A stretch of 64,000 nucleotides of DNA, from the NCBI GenBank assembly GCA_963665115.1, contig OY762007.1, forward strand, positions 1,888,001 through 1,952,000. The letters are read 5' to 3'. Under the pieces are notes generated by a model. The model did not search any database. It had not been told where the DNA came from and was given only the letters and a program-made list of their open reading frames with translations. Positions 31,922-44,794 of the stretch are shown piece after piece (positions within the stretch are counted from its first letter, which is position 1; the number at the start of each line of letters is the position of its first letter). This DNA comes from an uncultured Rivularia sp. (GTDB lineage: Bacteria > Cyanobacteriota > Cyanobacteriia > Cyanobacteriales > Nostocaceae). The position numbers and the translations under genes are program-made.

Positions 31922-33088
31922 ATGTTATTAAGTAAGTTAGCGATTATTGACTCTACTTTGCGTGAAGGCGAACAATCTTGCTATGCTAACTTTTCTTCTA
32001 AAGATAAAATTGAAATAGCAAGAGAACTTGATGCCTTTGGAGTGGAATACATAGAACTTACATCTCCATGTGCTTCCCCGCAATCATTTAAAGATTGTCA
32101 ACTTTTAGCTCAATTAGGCTTGCAATCAAAAGTATTAACACACATTCGCTGTAATTTAGATGATGCTAAAAAAGCCTTAGATACAGGTGTTAATGGGATC
32201 AATATATTTATGGCTACCTCTCCACTATTACGCCAATTCGGTCATGGTAAAGAGATCGATCAAGTGATTGATATGGCAAGCGAAGTTATTAGCTTCATTC
32301 ATCAACAAAGCCCTGAAACAGAACTGCGTTTTTCCACAGAAGATTCTTTCCGCAGTTCGCTTTCAGATTTGCTCAAAGTTTATCTTGCTATTGGAGAATT
32401 AGGACTTGTTAATCGTTTCGGAATTTCCGATACCGTTGGCGTTGCAACACCCGATCGAGTTTCTCAATTAGTACAGACTTTACGTCAATGTTTTTCTCAA
32501 GATATTGAGTTTCATGCTCATAACGATACCGGCTGCGCGATCGCTAATAGTTATGCAGCCTTTGAAGCTGGTGCTACCCATATTGATACAAGCGTATTGG
32601 GAATTGGCGAAAGAAATGGGATTACTCCTTTAGCTGGATTAATTGCTCGTTTATATACCCTCGATCCAGAAGCTTTACGCAATAAATATCACCTTAAAAC
32701 TCTTTTAAATTTACATCAAATCGTAGCGAATAAACTTGGAATCGAGATTCCCTTCAATCACTATATAGTTGGTGAATATGCCTTTACTCATAAAGCTGGA
32801 GTTCATACAAAAGCAATCTTGAATAACTCAAATACCTACGAAATGATTTCTCCTACAGATTTTGGGATAACCCGCTCCGTATTAATCAACCATAAACTGA
32901 CAGGAACTCATGCGGTAACTCATCGGGTAAATCAACTTGGACTTAACTTAGATTCAACCCAAATTCAGGTAATTACTCAAGAAATTAAAGTATTAGCAGA
33001 ACGGGAAAATTTGACTTTAGAAAAGGTCGATGAAATTTTACTGTCTTACAACAGAAGTTCTATGAAAAATTCATCAGTTACGGGTTAG
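31922..33088 (+). CDS. homocitrate synthase (LysS/Lys20-like DRE-TIM)
   Basis: IDSTLREGEQ, YIELTSP, RFSTEDSFRS, HAHNDTGCAIAN, GIGERNGIT, FTHKAGVH. Confidence 0.85.
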   Translation: MLLSKLAIIDSTLREGEQSCYANFSSKDKIEIARELDAFGVEYIELTSPCASPQSFKDCQLLAQLGLQSKVLTHIRCNLDDAKKALDTGVNGINIFMATSPLLRQFGHGKEIDQVIDMASEVISFIHQQSPETELRFSTEDSFRSSLSDLLKVYLAIGELGLVNRFGISDTVGVATPDRVSQLVQTLRQCFSQDIEFHAHNDTGCAIANSYAAFEAGATHIDTSVLGIGERNGITPLAGLIARLYTLDPEALRNKYHLKTLLNLHQIVANKLGIEIPFNHYIVGEYAFTHKAGVHTKAILNNSNTYEMISPTDFGITRSVLINHKLTGTHAVTHRVNQLGLNLDSTQIQVITQEIKVLAERENLTLEKVDEILLSYNRSSMKNSSVTG

Positions 33089-33202
33089 ATGAAGATGATG
33101 ATTTTACCCATTTTGATTGACAATAACGACGAGGTTTTGGGTAATGCAAAGGGAAGGCAGCGACAACGGAAAATATAGTGTTCCAGAACAGAAAGATCTG
33201 CC

Positions 33203-33229
33203 AACCCCCCGCCAATTTGGGGGGCTTTA
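33203..33229. terminator. hairpin between convergent genes
   Basis: CCCCCC-GCCAATTT-GGGGGG followed by CTTT. Confidence 0.4.
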
Positions 33230-33254
33230 TGTAAATCCTAAAAATACTAAATTT

Positions 33255-33542
33255 TCATTTTTGATTCAACACTTCCAAGTCTTCTTCCAATACCCGTAAC
33301 ACGCGCTCCAGATAAGCATCACGCCACTGTTCGCGCTGTTGAGTTACCTTTTCATCGGCTTGATAGGATTCAATCTCAGCAATTGAAATATTACCTTTTG
33401 TCTCAAGCAAACGTTCAATAGTATCGAGCCGTTCCCGCAAAACTGAAACTTCACCAGTCAAAGCCATTACCATCGCTAACAATTTATCGACGTGCGGATT
33501 ATCAAGATAAATTGGTTGTTTTCCCTTGGCTGTTTTCGCCAT
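33255..33542 (-). CDS. small coiled-coil hypothetical protein
   Basis: 95 aa, DKLLAMVMALTGEVSVLRERLDTIERLL; operonic with the methyltransferase. Confidence 0.8.
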   Translation of the reverse strand: MAKTAKGKQPIYLDNPHVDKLLAMVMALTGEVSVLRERLDTIERLLETKGNISIAEIESYQADEKVTQQREQWRDAYLERVLRVLEEDLEVLNQK

Positions 33543-33578
33543 TTTAGCTACTTCCCCGTTTAAAAAAATGAACGCAAA

Positions 33579-34736
33579 TTACTTAGAAGCTTTAACGATA
33601 AACCAAGTACCCCTACTTCCCGATTCTCCATGTTGAGAATTAGCATTCACCGTTTTTGCTTTCCACGCACCATTTGGGACAAAAGTTTGGTTAATTTTAT
33701 CCGTATCAAAACCCCCAGATGTCACTACTTCTCCTAAGTCCAAATCGCGCATTGCACCCCAGAAAGGTTCGTTGTTATTAACGGTTTGCCAATCATATAT
33801 AAACTGACTAAACAAATCCATGTGTTTGTATTGAGGTGCTTCGACATGAATCATCATGCCACCAGGTGCAAGCAGACGGTAACACTCGCGCATGACTTTA
33901 CGAATGGCTGATGGAGGAATCTCATGTAGCAAAATATGAGAAACTATAAGGTCAAAAGATTCGGCAGCAAAGTTAGTGCATTCGGCATTTTGTTGGGAGA
34001 AATGTACCTGTTTACCCATAGCTTCTGCTCGTGCGCGAGCATAACGCAACATTGGTGCTGAAACATCTATAGCAAATACTTCCGACTCTGGGTAAGCATC
34101 TACATAAGGAAGGGTACTATGACCTACAGAACATCCCATATCAAGAATTTTTTTGGGTTGGAAATCGGGATATTCTGGCTTTAAGTAATTTTTGACTATA
34201 GAAAGTCCCATATCATCATTGAGTGGTCCCAGCCAACCCAAACCATAGACATAAACTCCACGGTCATAAGTAGCACCAGCCGCAACGTCATTTTCTGTAT
34301 AATCACTGTGATAGCTACCAGGCATACAATGAATGTCTACGGCAGTTTGATAAGCGGGAATTTTAAAATCGGGGTCAAGAGTTAAAGTCCCTAGAGCTTC
34401 TCCCTTGTCTTTTGCACGCTCTATCAATTCAGGTAGTTGTCGATCAACGTTAACATTTACCGCATCCCACAACATTTTTTGATTGATCCGCATTAGCACC
34501 CCCCACCATTTGTAGTAAGATTGCTGCTGCATAATTTGCTGAATCTCAAAACGATTTTCGGGTGTGCGTTGATGTTCAAGCTCAAACTTCGGCTTCGCTA
34601 TTTTTTCGTAAACTAATTTATTGCCAGGAGTGATATTCTTAACGACGTATTTCTTCATGCTTTCTACAAATTTTTGCCGTGCCAACTCATCATGGTTAGC
34701 TTGCGGAAGCATTGCGTGTTGGAATTGTTTTTTCAT
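33579..34736 (-). CDS. class I SAM-dependent methyltransferase with extended N-terminus
   Basis: ILDMGCSVG, IDVSAPML, SFDLI, LLHE.P, RLLAPGG; N-terminal DIHCMPG motif. Confidence 0.88.
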   Translation of the reverse strand: MKKQFQHAMLPQANHDELARQKFVESMKKYVVKNITPGNKLVYEKIAKPKFELEHQRTPENRFEIQQIMQQQSYYKWWGVLMRINQKMLWDAVNVNVDRQLPELIERAKDKGEALGTLTLDPDFKIPAYQTAVDIHCMPGSYHSDYTENDVAAGATYDRGVYVYGLGWLGPLNDDMGLSIVKNYLKPEYPDFQPKKILDMGCSVGHSTLPYVDAYPESEVFAIDVSAPMLRYARARAEAMGKQVHFSQQNAECTNFAAESFDLIVSHILLHEIPPSAIRKVMRECYRLLAPGGMMIHVEAPQYKHMDLFSQFIYDWQTVNNNEPFWGAMRDLDLGEVVTSGGFDTDKINQTFVPNGAWKAKTVNANSQHGESGSRGTWFIVKASK

Positions 34737-34816
34737 ATACTTTTTTGATTTTTAAGTCTCTAATTTTATTTTAACTTTATGATAATAGCGTAATCACTAG
34801 AAAGTAAAATAAACCT

Positions 34817-35554
34817 ATGAATGCAGATAGTAAGTATTTTGAACAGTTATGGGGAATCACCTGCGAATTAAAGCAAAAAATAGAAACACGTTTCGATTTG
34901 CAGTTACAAGCATCTACTAAAGATTTACAAGAATACAGCAGTAAAGATGGTAATTTAAAAGGTTCGTTAAATGCTTTTAAAGGGAAAGAGATTGATTGGT
35001 TAGTGCATTCTTGGTTAGGAAATCCGGGAAAATCTAACTTTAATACCATGCGCTTAACAACTTGGTTGAGTTCCCATCTCCAAGTGCCACATTTAGTGTT
35101 TGAATTCGGCACGCTTCCCGATATTTTATTTTATATAGATTATATTCCCCGTACCGATCTTTATACTAACCTTGAATATCTTAATAGTTATTACGAACCA
35201 GTAAATGAGACATTTTTGAAATTACAAGCAAATCCCGATTTAACATCATTTACTAGTAAAAGCGCTTATGTACGTTCATTTCAATCACCCGTAAGTTTGT
35301 GTTATACCTGTTTACCCAATGATGATTCTTTAAATCTAATTCGTACCGTTGCTGATGAAACAATCATACGCTGGCTAAAATGGCTAGATGAAGCAACACC
35401 AGTACACGAAAATATGCGGAATATTTTAGCCGAACGCGATTTATTTATACGTCGTAGCAGTGCTGAAAACGACCCTGGAAATAAGATGGCAGAGCAGATG
35501 TTAGGAACGGAATTAACAGATAAGTTAGTTAAAGCACTATGGGGTGGATTGTAA
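34817..35554 (+). CDS. red chlorophyll catabolite reductase-like (ferredoxin-dependent bilin reductase fold)
   Basis: GSLNAF.G.EIDWLVHSW, WL....VPHL.FEF, DYIPRTDL...YL..YY, RD....DP.N pattern. Confidence 0.75.
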   Translation: MNADSKYFEQLWGITCELKQKIETRFDLQLQASTKDLQEYSSKDGNLKGSLNAFKGKEIDWLVHSWLGNPGKSNFNTMRLTTWLSSHLQVPHLVFEFGTLPDILFYIDYIPRTDLYTNLEYLNSYYEPVNETFLKLQANPDLTSFTSKSAYVRSFQSPVSLCYTCLPNDDSLNLIRTVADETIIRWLKWLDEATPVHENMRNILAERDLFIRRSSAENDPGNKMAEQMLGTELTDKLVKALWGGL

Positions 35555-35665
35555 AGAATGTTCGTATTAGCGCTTGAACACTTCTGAATCCGGATGCGCT
35601 CAAGCGCTACTACGAACTGATTAAAATAAATTGTTAATTGATAATTGATAATTGATAACTGTTAG

Positions 35666-38600
35666 CTAACACTGATAAATGTTAATAACTTGCTCTAATT
35701 CTTCTATACTCACGGGTTTACTTAAGTATTCATCCATACCCGCATTTAAACATTTTTCTCTATCATTATCCATTGCGTGAGCGGTTAAACCAATAATTAT
35801 AGTATGACGCTGTTGTCCTTCAATTTGACGCAATTGTTCGGTAGCTTCGTAACCGTCCATTACGGGCATTTGACAATCCATAAAAACAATGTCATATTCA
35901 TTTTGACTTAATATGTCTAATGCTTGTTGACCATCTTCTACAGTATCAACTTGATAACCTAAACTTTCAACCATAAATTCTATAATATCCCGGTTATCGA
36001 CATTATCTTCTACAACTAATATTTTTAAATTTGTTGTGGAGTAATTTGAATCTGTTGTTGAAGAGATTGATTGTAAATTAGTTTCCTCGCTTGTAGAACC
36101 TGCCAAGTTAAAATTAACTGTAAACCAAAATGTCGAACCGTCACCGGGATTGCTGCGAAGACCAATTTTTCCTTCCATTAACTCCACAATCCGCCGACAA
36201 ATTGTTAATCCCAAACCAGTACCGCCAAATCTACGGGTTGTGGAACCATCGGCTTGAGTAAACGGTTGAAAAAGCTTTTCTTGTAACTCTGAGGCAATAC
36301 CAATACCCGTATCCTCGATATTGAAACGCAGCTTTGCTTCATTTTCTGATGTATTTTCAGTTTCGCGGGTGATGTTAACTGATACTGTTCCGGTTTCGGT
36401 GAATTTAATCGCATTGCTCACTAAATTAGCGATAATCTGGTGCAATCGAAAATCATCGCCGATTAAATTTCGCGGTACATCAGAAGCAATTTTAAATGTG
36501 AATTCTAGCCCTTTTTCTTCGGCTTGGGTAATAAATGAATCGAGTAAATTTTCCCGTAGCGTATCTAAATTAAATTCACTGAAATTTAACTGTAGTTCTC
36601 TAGCTTCAATTTTAGATAAATCGAGAACATCGTTGATAATTTGTAATAGTTTTTCTCCATTAACTCTGAGTTTTTGCAGAAATTTATGTTGTTGGGGATT
36701 TAATTGAGTACGCTGTAGTATTTCACTCACACCCAGTATTGCATTCATGGGAGTACGGATTTCGTGACTCATATTTGCCAAAAATTCGCTTTTGGCTTGG
36801 TTAGCCGAGTCTGCTGCTTGAGCTACTGCGATCGCATCTTGTAAAACTTGATTTTGACGCAATAATTGTTGTTGAGTGCGTTTAATTTCGGTAATTTCAG
36901 TAATTACGGTTCCGACTCCGCGAGTACCATCAACCAAATCAACGGGATAATAACTCGCACACCAATATCTTTCCACATCAGGAGCGGCTGGTGTAGTACC
37001 TTTAATTTCTAGATCGCAAATTGGTTCCCCGGTTTCTACTACCTGATGATAAATATGCTCTATCCTATCTACTAAATCGGGTAATATTTCTCTAATGGTT
37101 TTACCAATATGCTCTTCAATAGGTAAACCGTTGATATCGGCTAAAGCTTGGTTGATTCGCAAAAATCTGAAGTTTTGGTCGAGCAAACTTAAACCTACAG
37201 GGCTTTTAGCATACAAATTTTCCAGTAAAACGTTGGCTTGATGTAATTCTGACTGTACCCTTTTGAGTTCGCCAATATTAACAAATGTTAAAACAACGCC
37301 GTCATTAGTACCATTTTCTCGCAGATAGGGATTCACCCTCATTAATAATTGTTCGCCAGTTGTAGTAATACAAACTTCTTTTTCGCTGGCATTCTTATTA
37401 TCAACAGCTGTTTGAATCGTTTCTACTAAATCAGAACAATCTAAATTATAGGTAAGGTGAGCAAGGGGACGGTCTACATCTGTTGGTATGATATTAATTG
37501 CACGTTTGGCTGCGGGTGTATATTTGCGAATGTGAAGTTGACGATCGAGAAATACCACACCAATATCTGTAGAGCGAAGTAAATTATCAATGTCGTTATT
37601 AAGTTGAGTTAATTCTTCGATTTTAGATTGATGTTCGGCATTAACGGTGTACAATTCTTCATTAACTGACTGTAGTTCTTCGTTGGTACTTTGCAGTTCT
37701 TCGTTAGAAGCTAAAAGTTCTTCGTTAGTTGCTTGCTGTTCTTCGTTTGTAGTTTCAAGTTCTTCAATTGTTACTTGGAGGTTTTCGCGGGTTTGCTGTA
37801 GTTCGTATTCAAGTTCGGTAATTTGTCGTGCGGCTTGCTCGTCAACGTCAAAATGTAAAGCTGCTTTATTGGATATAGATGTAGTGGTTTCTACTTCCAA
37901 TAATATAATCAGCGAATCTTCAATTCCCGATTTGCTTTTATTGAATCCTATTTTCAAAGAAACGTTTTCTGAGTCTTCACCTCGATTTAATTTAATCCCG
38001 TTATAAATTACGTTTTCTCGGTCGCGTTTGGCACGGTGTAATGCTGTAGATAAAGGTAATTTCAAATCGGGATGAATAAGTTCGTTAATATCTAATACTG
38101 CCTCACCAACAGAAAATGTGAGTAAATTAGCAGTATTATAAAATATTCGCAGCAGTTCATTGTCTCGATTTACCAATAAAAAAGTTAATTTTCGCTCCTC
38201 CAGACAAAAATCTAATAATCCTTCAAACATCCTATCGAGCTGATTCTGTCTGGTTTTTGTCCGCACCATAGAATTCATTGGTGTGGCGATCGCCTGCCGA
38301 GAGATTGGTGCTAGAGTTAAGGAAATATCCCGACGCTTACTAAAAATTTTTAACTTCGGTTCGACGACAGTAAATTCTTCTGACAAGTCTCCCAAAGTTT
38401 CCGAACTACCTAAAAACAGAATTCCTTGGGAAGCCAAAGCAAAGTGTAACAACCGCAAAACTTGTTGTTGGAGATGCGGTTGCATATAAATTAGTACGTT
38501 GCGGCAACTAACCAAATGCATTTTGGAAAAGCCAGCATTTTTGGTTAAATCATGGGGTGCAATTATCAGCATTTCCCGCAAAAAACGCTTTACCTGAAAA

Positions 38601-39751
38601 TGATCTCCATGATGGGTAAAATATTTTTTTAAACGTTCTTCTGTAATATCGTTAGCAATTGTTTCGGGATAAATACCTCTAGCGGCTACTTCCAAAGAAT
38701 TGGTATCTATATCGGTAACAAAAATTTTAATTTGAATTGATTTACTACTTTTTTCTATTGCTTCATCTACAAGCATTGCCATTGTGTAGGCTTCTTCCCC
38801 CGTAGCGCAAGCAGAAACCCAAATTCTTATTTGTTGTTGATGCTCTAAATTTGCAATAATTCCCGGTAATACTGTTGTTTCAATGTATTTCCAAGCGCTT
38901 TTATCGCGAAAAAAACAAGTAGCGCCGATGAGTAAATCCTGACGCAAATGTTTTTGTTCTGGTTCGGATTCTTTCAATAAGCTAATGTAGCTTTCTAAAT
39001 CATCGCATTGAGTAATGCTACAGCGATGATGAATCCGACGGGCAAGAGTACCAACTTTATAATGAGAAAAATCAATATCTTCGCGCTTGGCAATAATATC
39101 TAAAATCCGCTGTAGCTTATCTGGATCGATTAAACTTACATCTTGCGGTGAAGCATGAGGATTACTTTCGGAAAAACGAATTAAATCGAAAACAGTATGA
39201 GCTAATTCTTGAGGAGAGAGAATTTCATCTACTAAGCCAGAAGGAATGGCACTAGTCGGCATCGAGTTAAATTGAGCGGTTTCTGGTGACTGCACTAAAC
39301 CAATACCACCAGCATTACTAATCGCTTTCAGCCCTTCGGTACCATCGCTACCAGTTCCCGACAGCACAATTGCAACAGTCTTTTCTCCCCATTCTTGAGC
39401 GACAGATTTAAAAAATTTGTTAACGGGGTAATCAAAAGTATCGGCTCTTTTATTCAAACGCAACCGATTATTTTTTAGCGTTAAAACTTTACCGGGTGGC
39501 AGTACATAAGCTTTATTTGGCTCAACAATCATTCCATCTTCAATTTGATAAACGGGTAATTTAGTTTGCCGCTGAATAATTTCCGCCATCATGCTTTTAT
39601 GGTTGGGAGACAAGTGCTGTACCACCACAAAAGCAGCAAAAGGAGTATCCGGTAAATTACCAAAAAACCCTTCTAGAGCCTGTACGCCTCCCGCAGAGGC
39701 ACCAATGCCAATAATAAAAAAATCTTTGTCGTTTGAAGATGAAGTAGCCAT
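35666..39751 (-). CDS. CheB-CheR-PAS-PAS-HisKA-HATPase-REC hybrid kinase, copy 1
   Basis: [15 protein letters not shown] (CheB triad), ACATGEEAY and SCRNVLIY (CheR), [27 protein letters not shown]. Confidence 0.92.
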   Translation of the reverse strand: MATSSSNDKDFFIIGIGASAGGVQALEGFFGNLPDTPFAAFVVVQHLSPNHKSMMAEIIQRQTKLPVYQIEDGMIVEPNKAYVLPPGKVLTLKNNRLRLNKRADTFDYPVNKFFKSVAQEWGEKTVAIVLSGTGSDGTEGLKAISNAGGIGLVQSPETAQFNSMPTSAIPSGLVDEILSPQELAHTVFDLIRFSESNPHASPQDVSLIDPDKLQRILDIIAKREDIDFSHYKVGTLARRIHHRCSITQCDDLESYISLLKESEPEQKHLRQDLLIGATCFFRDKSAWKYIETTVLPGIIANLEHQQQIRIWVSACATGEEAYTMAMLVDEAIEKSSKSIQIKIFVTDIDTNSLEVAARGIYPETIANDITEERLKKYFTHHGDHFQVKRFLREMLIIAPHDLTKNAGFSKMHLVSCRNVLIYMQPHLQQQVLRLLHFALASQGILFLGSSETLGDLSEEFTVVEPKLKIFSKRRDISLTLAPISRQAIATPMNSMVRTKTRQNQLDRMFEGLLDFCLEERKLTFLLVNRDNELLRIFYNTANLLTFSVGEAVLDINELIHPDLKLPLSTALHRAKRDRENVIYNGIKLNRGEDSENVSLKIGFNKSKSGIEDSLIILLEVETTTSISNKAALHFDVDEQAARQITELEYELQQTRENLQVTIEELETTNEEQQATNEELLASNEELQSTNEELQSVNEELYTVNAEHQSKIEELTQLNNDIDNLLRSTDIGVVFLDRQLHIRKYTPAAKRAINIIPTDVDRPLAHLTYNLDCSDLVETIQTAVDNKNASEKEVCITTTGEQLLMRVNPYLRENGTNDGVVLTFVNIGELKRVQSELHQANVLLENLYAKSPVGLSLLDQNFRFLRINQALADINGLPIEEHIGKTIREILPDLVDRIEHIYHQVVETGEPICDLEIKGTTPAAPDVERYWCASYYPVDLVDGTRGVGTVITEITEIKRTQQQLLRQNQVLQDAIAVAQAADSANQAKSEFLANMSHEIRTPMNAILGVSEILQRTQLNPQQHKFLQKLRVNGEKLLQIINDVLDLSKIEARELQLNFSEFNLDTLRENLLDSFITQAEEKGLEFTFKIASDVPRNLIGDDFRLHQIIANLVSNAIKFTETGTVSVNITRETENTSENEAKLRFNIEDTGIGIASELQEKLFQPFTQADGSTTRRFGGTGLGLTICRRIVELMEGKIGLRSNPGDGSTFWFTVNFNLAGSTSEETNLQSISSTTDSNYSTTNLKILVVEDNVDNRDIIEFMVESLGYQVDTVEDGQQALDILSQNEYDIVFMDCQMPVMDGYEATEQLRQIEGQQRHTIIIGLTAHAMDNDREKCLNAGMDEYLSKPVSIEELEQVINIYQC

Positions 39752-40209
39752 TAAATCTGCTAAATAATTAACGATTAAATTGCAAGTTTTCTTATGAAAA
39801 TTACATTTTAGAATTTTTTTAGTAAATAGCAATTATTATTTAAATTTACTATACCTCTAAGGAATACTTCAATTTATCTTAAGTTGTAATAAATAATCTA
39901 CCTTCAGGTGGATGAAACAATATTAATTTGCTTATGATTTAGAATTGCATTGTAGGGTGGGTTAGACAAAAAATTTTTTTTTTAATTAACAACAGCTTAT
40001 ATTAATGGTGTCCAAACCCATAATTAAATGTTGGGTTACGGCACTAAATAAATTTACTCGTACAAAACTTACATCTTGCACCATTTTTAATAGAAGGCAG
40101 AGCCTTAAAAACCTTGCTACCAGGTTGAACCTGGGAGCCAGATCGTATCTTTTATATGCCGCGAAGCTAACCTACAAATTTTTATTGATAACTGTTAACT
40201 GTTAACTGA

Positions 40210-43200
40210 TTATCTTTCAAGATTTCTCAAAATCCCTAATAAATCTTCCATCATCACGGGTTTACTTAAATAATCATCCATACCAGCATTTAAACATTTT
40301 TTCTTATCATCATACATAGCGTTAGCGGTTAAACCGATAATTATGGTATGCCGCTGTTCACCTTCTATTTGACGCAACTGACGGGTAGCTTCGTAACCAT
40401 CCATTACGGGCATTTGACAGTCCATTAATATTATGTCGTAGTGGCTTTCGGCTAGTTTCTCAAGTGCTTGTTGTCCATCGCTGACTGCTTCTGCTTCATA
40501 ACCCAATTCTTCTAGCATAAATACTACAATTTCGCGGTTGTCGGCGTAATCTTCTACTATTAATATTTTTAGATTTTTGGCTGAGGAAGTATCTATTTTT
40601 AGAGTGCTTGATTCTAAGTCAGCTTTTGGGTTTGTTTGGGCTAAGTCGAAGTTAACTGCAAACCAAAATGTAGAACCGGAACCCAGCTTGCTTTCAACGC
40701 GGATTTTTCCGCCCATTAAGTCTACAATCCGTCTACAAATAGTTAATCCTAAGCCTGTTCCACCATATTTACGAGTTGTGGAACCATCGGCTTGAGTAAA
40801 TGGTTTAAATAGATTTTCTTGTAAATTCGGATCGATTCCAATCCCGGAATCTGTAACGATAAAATTCAATTTTACTGGAGATTTAACCGTATCTGAATCG
40901 CAATCTATATTAACTAATACTTCTCCAGTATCGGTAAATTTTATGGCGTTGCTTATCAAATTACTTAACACTTGTTGCAAACGAAAATCATCACCAATTA
41001 AATTCATTGGAACATCAGATGCAATTTCAATTGCGAATTGAAGTCCTTTTTCTTCAGCTTGAGTCGCAAATAAATTAATTAAATTTTCGCCAAGATTGTT
41101 TAAATTGAATACGTTTTGATTTAACCGCAGTTCTCTAGCTTCTATTTTAGATAAATCGAGAACATCGTTGATAATTTCTAATAATCTTTCACCATTACTT
41201 CTGAGTTTGATTAACAAGCTGCTTTGTCTGGAATTCAATTCGGTGTATTCCAATAATTGACTTACACCTAATACTGCATTCATGGGAGTGCGGATTTCGT
41301 GGCTGATATTTGCCAGAAATTCACTTTTAGCTTGGTTTGCCGAATCTGCTGCTTGTGCTACTGCGATCGCATCTTCTAAAGCTTGATTTTGACGCAACAA
41401 TTCTTCTTGAGTGCGCTTTCTGTCGGTGATTTCGGTAATTACGGTTCCAACTCCACGATTACCATTGAGCAATTTTACAGGATAATAATTTGCAGTCCAA
41501 CATCTTTCTATATCGGGTTTGTCTTTGGTTTTTCCAGTAATTTCGACATCGCAAATTGCCCTATCTGTTTCAATAACCCGACGCAAGCTTGATTCTATGC
41601 CTTGCGCTAAATCGGATGGTATTTCCGCAACAGTTTTACCAATATGTTGGGGAATAGATATACCGTTGATGTCGGCTAAAGTTTGATTAACTCGTAAATA
41701 TCTGAGATTTTGGTCGTGTAAACTTAAACCAACTGGACTTGTAACGTACAAATTCTCTAGTAATGCGTTGGCTTGATGTAGCTGCTGCTGTACTTTTTTG
41801 AGTTCGTTGATATTTACAAACGTCATTACAACACCGTCGCTTCTGCCATCTTCGCGAAGATATACATTGACGCGCATTAACAACTTTTCGTCAGTTTGAA
41901 TTTGTTTGACTTCATGTTCGGTTGCAATTCCTGTGTCTACAACTTGTTGAAGAATTTCAATTAAATTGGGACAGTCTAAATTATGCGTAAAATGCTTTAA
42001 AGGACGTTCAACATCGGAAGTTCTAATATTAATAGCGCGGGTTGCTGCGGGTGTAAATTTACGAATATTTAGTTCGCGATCGAGAAATACTACACCAATA
42101 TCGGTAGAACGTAATAAATTATCAATATCATTATTAAGTTGAGTTAGTTCATGAATTTTTGATTGATATTCGGCATTGATCGTATATAATTCTTCATTAA
42201 CAGACTGTAGCTCTTCGTTAGTACTTTGCAGTTCTTCGTTAGAGGCAAGAAGTTCTTCGTTTGTTGCTTGTTGTTCTTCGTTAGTAGTTTCAAGTTCTTC
42301 AATCGTAACTTGAAGATTTTCACGGGTTTGCTGTAGCTCATATTCAAGTTCGTTTATTTGCTGTGCTGCTTCGTTATCTACTTCAAAACGCAGAGCAGGA
42401 GCTTTTATTAGTGATAGTTGGGTTTCGATTTCCAATACAACAATAAAAAATTCTTCAACTGCACTACTTTTGCTGTCTAAACCTACTTTTAAACTGACAT
42501 TATCTTCTATTTTGCCTCGATTAAGCTTGATTCCGGTATATAAAACGGCTTCTCGATCGCGTTTGGCACGATGTAGTGCTGTAGATAAAGGTAATTTTAA
42601 GCTGGGGTGAACGATTTCAGTAATATCTAACATTGCTTCACCCACCGGATAATCTAGTAATCTTGCAGAGTTATGGAATACCCTGATCATTTGATTTTGG
42701 TGGTTAACCAGCACGCAGGTTAATTGTCTTTCTCCCAGGCAATGCTTAAATACTTCTGAAAGTACTCGCTCGAATTGATTGTGCCTGGTTTTGGCACGCA
42801 CGTTAGCAGGAATTGGTGTAATTATAGGTTGTCGTGAAAGTGGGGCAAGAGACAAGGGAATATCTCGTTTTTTGCGGAAAACCTTCCATTTAGAATTAAG
42901 GGAGACAAATTCTTCGGTTAAATCTCCCAAAGTTTCCGAGCTACCTAAAAATAGGGTACCGTTAGAAGCAATTGCAAAATGTAGCAGTCGCAATACTTGC
43001 TGCTGGAGATGCGGCTGCATATAAATTAATACATTGCGGCAGCTAACCAAATGCATTTTAGAAAAACCGGCATTTTTAGTTAAATCGTGGGGAGCGATAA
43101 TTAGCATTTCCCGTAAAAAATGCTTTACTTGATAGCGATCGCCATTATGGACAAAATATTTTTCTAAAAGTTCGGCAGGTATATCTTGACTGATGCTTTG

Positions 43201-44286
43201 GGGATAAACACCTCGGGCTGCAACTTCTAAAGCGTTGGTGTCTACATCGGTGGCAAATACTTTGAGATGTAGTGATTTAGCGCTTTTTTCTACGGCTTCG
43301 TTAACCAGTATCGCCATCGTATAGGCTTCTTCCCCAGTAGCGCAAGCCGACACCCAAATCCTTAATTGTTGTTGTGGTTGTACGCTGTCAATGATTTGCG
43401 GTAATACTTCCTCTTCTATATGTTGCCATGCAGGGCGATCGCGAAAAAAGCAAGTAGCACCAATAAGCAAGTCTTGACGCAACAATTTTTGTTCTTCAAC
43501 GGATGCTTCTAATAAACCAATATAATTTTTTAAGTTGGTGCTGTTAGTTAAAGCACAACGCCGGTGTATGCGTCTGGCAAGAGTACTAATTTTATAATGG
43601 GAAAAATCAATATCTTCATTCTCGGCAAGAATATTTAAAATTTGCTGTAATTGGTCGGTATCAATTAAAGTGATATCCTGCGGTGAAATAGACGGATTTT
43701 TTCGTGAAAAGCGAATTAGTTCAAAAACAGTACGGGCTAAATCTTGAGGAGAAAGAATTTCATCTACCAAACCAGAAGGAATCGCACTACTGGGCATAGA
43801 ATTAAATTGAGCGGTTTCTGGCGACTGTACTAAACCAATACCACCCGCTTCACTGATTGTTTTCAATCCTTCGGTACCATCATTTCCGGTTCCCGATAGC
43901 ACAATTCCGACAACTTTTTCACCCCATTCTTGCGCTGCGGATTTAAAAAACTTATTGACGGGATAGCTAAAAGAACGACTTCTTTTTTCTAAGCGCAACT
44001 GTCCATTTTTAACAGTTACAAGTTTACCTGGAGGTAAAACGTATGCATGACTTGGTTCTAAAATAACCCCATCTACAATTTCATTAACAGGTAATTGAGT
44101 TTTTCGTTGAATTATTTCCGCCATCATACTTTTGTAATTGGGAGACAAATGCTGTATCACCACAAAAGCAGCACCAGGATGATCGGGCAAACTACTAAAA
44201 AAAGCTTCTAAAGCTTGTACGCCTCCTGCTGAAGCTCCTATACCTATGATAAAAAAATCTTTAGATTCAGAAGAGGGATTACTCAT
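40210..44286 (-). CDS. CheB-CheR-PAS-PAS-HisKA-HATPase-REC hybrid kinase, copy 2
   Basis: Same motifs and domain order as copy 1, collinear over its full length. Confidence 0.92.
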   Translation of the reverse strand: MSNPSSESKDFFIIGIGASAGGVQALEAFFSSLPDHPGAAFVVIQHLSPNYKSMMAEIIQRKTQLPVNEIVDGVILEPSHAYVLPPGKLVTVKNGQLRLEKRSRSFSYPVNKFFKSAAQEWGEKVVGIVLSGTGNDGTEGLKTISEAGGIGLVQSPETAQFNSMPSSAIPSGLVDEILSPQDLARTVFELIRFSRKNPSISPQDITLIDTDQLQQILNILAENEDIDFSHYKISTLARRIHRRCALTNSTNLKNYIGLLEASVEEQKLLRQDLLIGATCFFRDRPAWQHIEEEVLPQIIDSVQPQQQLRIWVSACATGEEAYTMAILVNEAVEKSAKSLHLKVFATDVDTNALEVAARGVYPQSISQDIPAELLEKYFVHNGDRYQVKHFLREMLIIAPHDLTKNAGFSKMHLVSCRNVLIYMQPHLQQQVLRLLHFAIASNGTLFLGSSETLGDLTEEFVSLNSKWKVFRKKRDIPLSLAPLSRQPIITPIPANVRAKTRHNQFERVLSEVFKHCLGERQLTCVLVNHQNQMIRVFHNSARLLDYPVGEAMLDITEIVHPSLKLPLSTALHRAKRDREAVLYTGIKLNRGKIEDNVSLKVGLDSKSSAVEEFFIVVLEIETQLSLIKAPALRFEVDNEAAQQINELEYELQQTRENLQVTIEELETTNEEQQATNEELLASNEELQSTNEELQSVNEELYTINAEYQSKIHELTQLNNDIDNLLRSTDIGVVFLDRELNIRKFTPAATRAINIRTSDVERPLKHFTHNLDCPNLIEILQQVVDTGIATEHEVKQIQTDEKLLMRVNVYLREDGRSDGVVMTFVNINELKKVQQQLHQANALLENLYVTSPVGLSLHDQNLRYLRVNQTLADINGISIPQHIGKTVAEIPSDLAQGIESSLRRVIETDRAICDVEITGKTKDKPDIERCWTANYYPVKLLNGNRGVGTVITEITDRKRTQEELLRQNQALEDAIAVAQAADSANQAKSEFLANISHEIRTPMNAVLGVSQLLEYTELNSRQSSLLIKLRSNGERLLEIINDVLDLSKIEARELRLNQNVFNLNNLGENLINLFATQAEEKGLQFAIEIASDVPMNLIGDDFRLQQVLSNLISNAIKFTDTGEVLVNIDCDSDTVKSPVKLNFIVTDSGIGIDPNLQENLFKPFTQADGSTTRKYGGTGLGLTICRRIVDLMGGKIRVESKLGSGSTFWFAVNFDLAQTNPKADLESSTLKIDTSSAKNLKILIVEDYADNREIVVFMLEELGYEAEAVSDGQQALEKLAESHYDIILMDCQMPVMDGYEATRQLRQIEGEQRHTIIIGLTANAMYDDKKKCLNAGMDDYLSKPVMMEDLLGILRNLER

Positions 44287-44794
44287 CAAACTTTCACCAT
44301 ATCTTTTTAACGCTTTATTCGTTCATCAGTTCCTTCGCCAAATACGCTTTCTTCTAAGGAAACTGTAGAGAAGAGAATATTTACTATGCTCTCCACTTCT
44401 ATTTATATAGTTTTAAGAAACAGAGAATAGAGGCAACCTGCACGCTTAGCGCAACAGTATCATATTCTTGATAGTTTTTTATCGGCTAAACTTTTTGGCT
44501 ATTGGTTGGTAAATTATTCCGCAAAAATTTAGGCGTTAAAATATTGTTTTTAATTTAAGTTAAGACTATTTGTTAGCTTAAATTAAAAGATGATATTGAC
44601 AAATTTACTATATTCATTCGATAAATTCAATTTCCATCAGGTAATAAGATATAAATCTTACCCAAAAGGGATGAACTATGAGAAAGTTAAAATCATTGAG
44701 GGGAAAGCAAAAAAAGGAGACGTGCTAATACTTTATACTCACTCCTTAACTATTTCCAATGCCCAATCCTCAATGTCCAATGCCTTAATATGTT

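Noticed and set aside
31922..33088. Naming the gene nifV
   Set aside because: Motifs look LysS/Lys20-like and there is no nif context.
36205..43024. Short antisense ORFs within the CheBR kinases, and similar shadows in other genes
   Set aside because: They fully overlap well-supported genes and reflect codon bias.
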